Source of the DNA: Microcoleus sp.
Lineage (GTDB): Bacteria > Cyanobacteriota > Cyanobacteriia > Cyanobacteriales > Microcoleaceae
DNA length: 64,000 nt
Assembly (NCBI GenBank): GCA_042408215.1
Contig: JAYFMW010000017.1
Coordinates: 320,001 to 384,000 of the forward strand
Reading direction: 5' to 3'
This document shows positions 62,773-64,000 of this stretch, piece after piece. The position numbers were made by a program, and so were the translations under genes. The notes beneath the pieces were generated by a model. It had not been told where the DNA came from. It did not search any database and saw only the letters and a list, made by a program, of their open reading frames with translations. Each line of letters starts with the position of its first letter. Position 1 is the first letter of the stretch.

Positions 62773-63348
62773 CTAAGAAAAAGTTGATGGTATTTTTGCC
62801 ATCTGAAATACCTGTTCCGCAGTAAATTCTAATCCCTCAAAAAGTGAATCTGTTAATAGGGTATCTCCCATATAAGTCTGCGGTGCTGCATCGGGATAAA
62901 AAACTGTAATGCTTCTAGCCTTGCTATCTACTACCCAAACCCGCAATACCTGAGCATCTAAATAATCTCTCGCTTTCGCAGCTAACTGACCGAAAGTTTG
63001 TCCTTGTGAAATAATTTCTATGACTAATTCTGGGACTACAGGACAGGCTTCATCTTGATTCCAGTCAGGAGATAAGCGTTCGTAAGAAACATATAAAAGA
63101 TCAGGTACGGGCACCCAGTCTCGCCCCTTGCGGGTTAATTTTACAGCCCATTCTACACCAATTTCTCCCCGTTCCTCACCCCACTGTTCGAGGAGTTTTA
63201 TTAGGGCTCTGGTGAGGCGAGAATGAAATTTTTTTGGTGACGTCTTCGGTACTGTTTGACCATCAATAAGTTCGTAGGTAATATCGCCTTCTCCTTCGGG
63301 GAGAGCGAGAAACTCTTCCAGAGTTAGTTGAGTTTTTGTCTGGATCAT
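62773..63348 (-). CDS. Uma2-family endonuclease
   Basis: LTLEEFL, YELIDG, VPDL, PELVIEIIS and VWVVD motifs. Confidence 0.9.
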   Translation of the reverse strand: MIQTKTQLTLEEFLALPEGEGDITYELIDGQTVPKTSPKKFHSRLTRALIKLLEQWGEERGEIGVEWAVKLTRKGRDWVPVPDLLYVSYERLSPDWNQDEACPVVPELVIEIISQGQTFGQLAAKARDYLDAQVLRVWVVDSKARSITVFYPDAAPQTYMGDTLLTDSLFEGLEFTAEQVFQMAKIPSTFS

Positions 63349-63537
63349 GGTGTTTTTCTGGGAATAGCACGCAAGTTAGTATTATTTTAGCTGAAATATT
63401 GATTGACATAATACAAATGTTATGATAAGTGTTGGCAAAATCTCAAGTCTTAACTGCCAAATGTGCGATCGCATCCAAATCCATACCCCCAAAAGGTTAA
63501 GATTCTAATCTAACCCTCCTGCAATCATTCACCTCCT

Positions 63538-64000
63538 ATGGCAGAAACCTTATTGTTCAACGCCCTCCGCGAGGCCCTAGACGAAGAAATGGCCCGCGAC
63601 TCCACCGTATTCGTACTCGGCGAAGACGTAGGTCAATACGGCGGTTCCTACAAAGTCACCAAAGACCTCTACAACAAGTATGGCGACCTCCGCGTTCTAG
63701 ATACCCCGATCGCCGAAAATAGCTTTACAGGCATGGCAGTAGGCGCAGCAATGACCGGATTGCGGCCGATCATCGAAGGCATGAACATGGGCTTTTTGCT
63801 CCTGGCCTTCAACCAAATTTCCAACAACGCTGGAATGCTGCGCTACACCTCCGGCGGCAACTTCAAAATGCCAATGGTAATTCGCGGCCCCGGCGGCGTC
63901 GGACGCCAACTCGGCGCCGAGCACTCTCAGCGGCTAGAAGCCTATTTCCAAGCAGTACCGGGTTTGAAAATAGTCGCCTGTTCGACTCCTTACAATGCCA
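63538..64000 (+). CDS. pdhB: Pyruvate dehydrogenase E1 beta subunit (partial, runs off the window)
   Basis: [18 protein letters not shown]...[14 protein letters not shown]...[11 protein letters not shown]. Confidence 0.95.
   Translation, partial: MAETLLFNALREALDEEMARDSTVFVLGEDVGQYGGSYKVTKDLYNKYGDLRVLDTPIAENSFTGMAVGAAMTGLRPIIEGMNMGFLLLAFNQISNNAGMLRYTSGGNFKMPMVIRGPGGVGRQLGAEHSQRLEAYFQAVPGLKIVACSTPYNA

Overview
This is a cyanobacterial chromosomal segment. HIP1 (GCGATCGC), heptamer STRR runs and dense dispersed palindromic repeats are abundant, and the repeat repertoire suggests a filamentous Oscillatoriales/Microcoleaceae genome (inference). Core genes: wecB, an RluE-type pseudouridine synthase, ctpB, a gamma-carbonic anhydrase, a GH116 hydrolase, smpB, ndhS, a HIT protein, comM/yifB, purB, an M15 D-Ala-D-Ala dipeptidase and partial pdhB. 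Accessory content: (1) an AT-rich sulfotransferase pair split by an IS5-bounded segment; (2) two giant paralogous Calx-beta/Pro-Thr/RTX surface proteins separated by a five-copy ~212 bp MITE array; (3) a kdpAB(G)C operon with a kinase-less KdpD and a divergent histidine kinase plus NarL-type regulator, bracketed by two inverted TnpB-only elements; (4) a coupled TPR + small secreted peptide pair; (5) exosortase O with its PEP-CTERM substrate; (6) a toxin-antitoxin cluster (HicAB, HipA-like kinase + HIRAN). Several nested MITE/REP families occur, some inserted in-frame in proteins or supplying stop codons. No tRNA, rRNA or CRISPR array was recognised. All calls come from reading the sequence; no searches were run.
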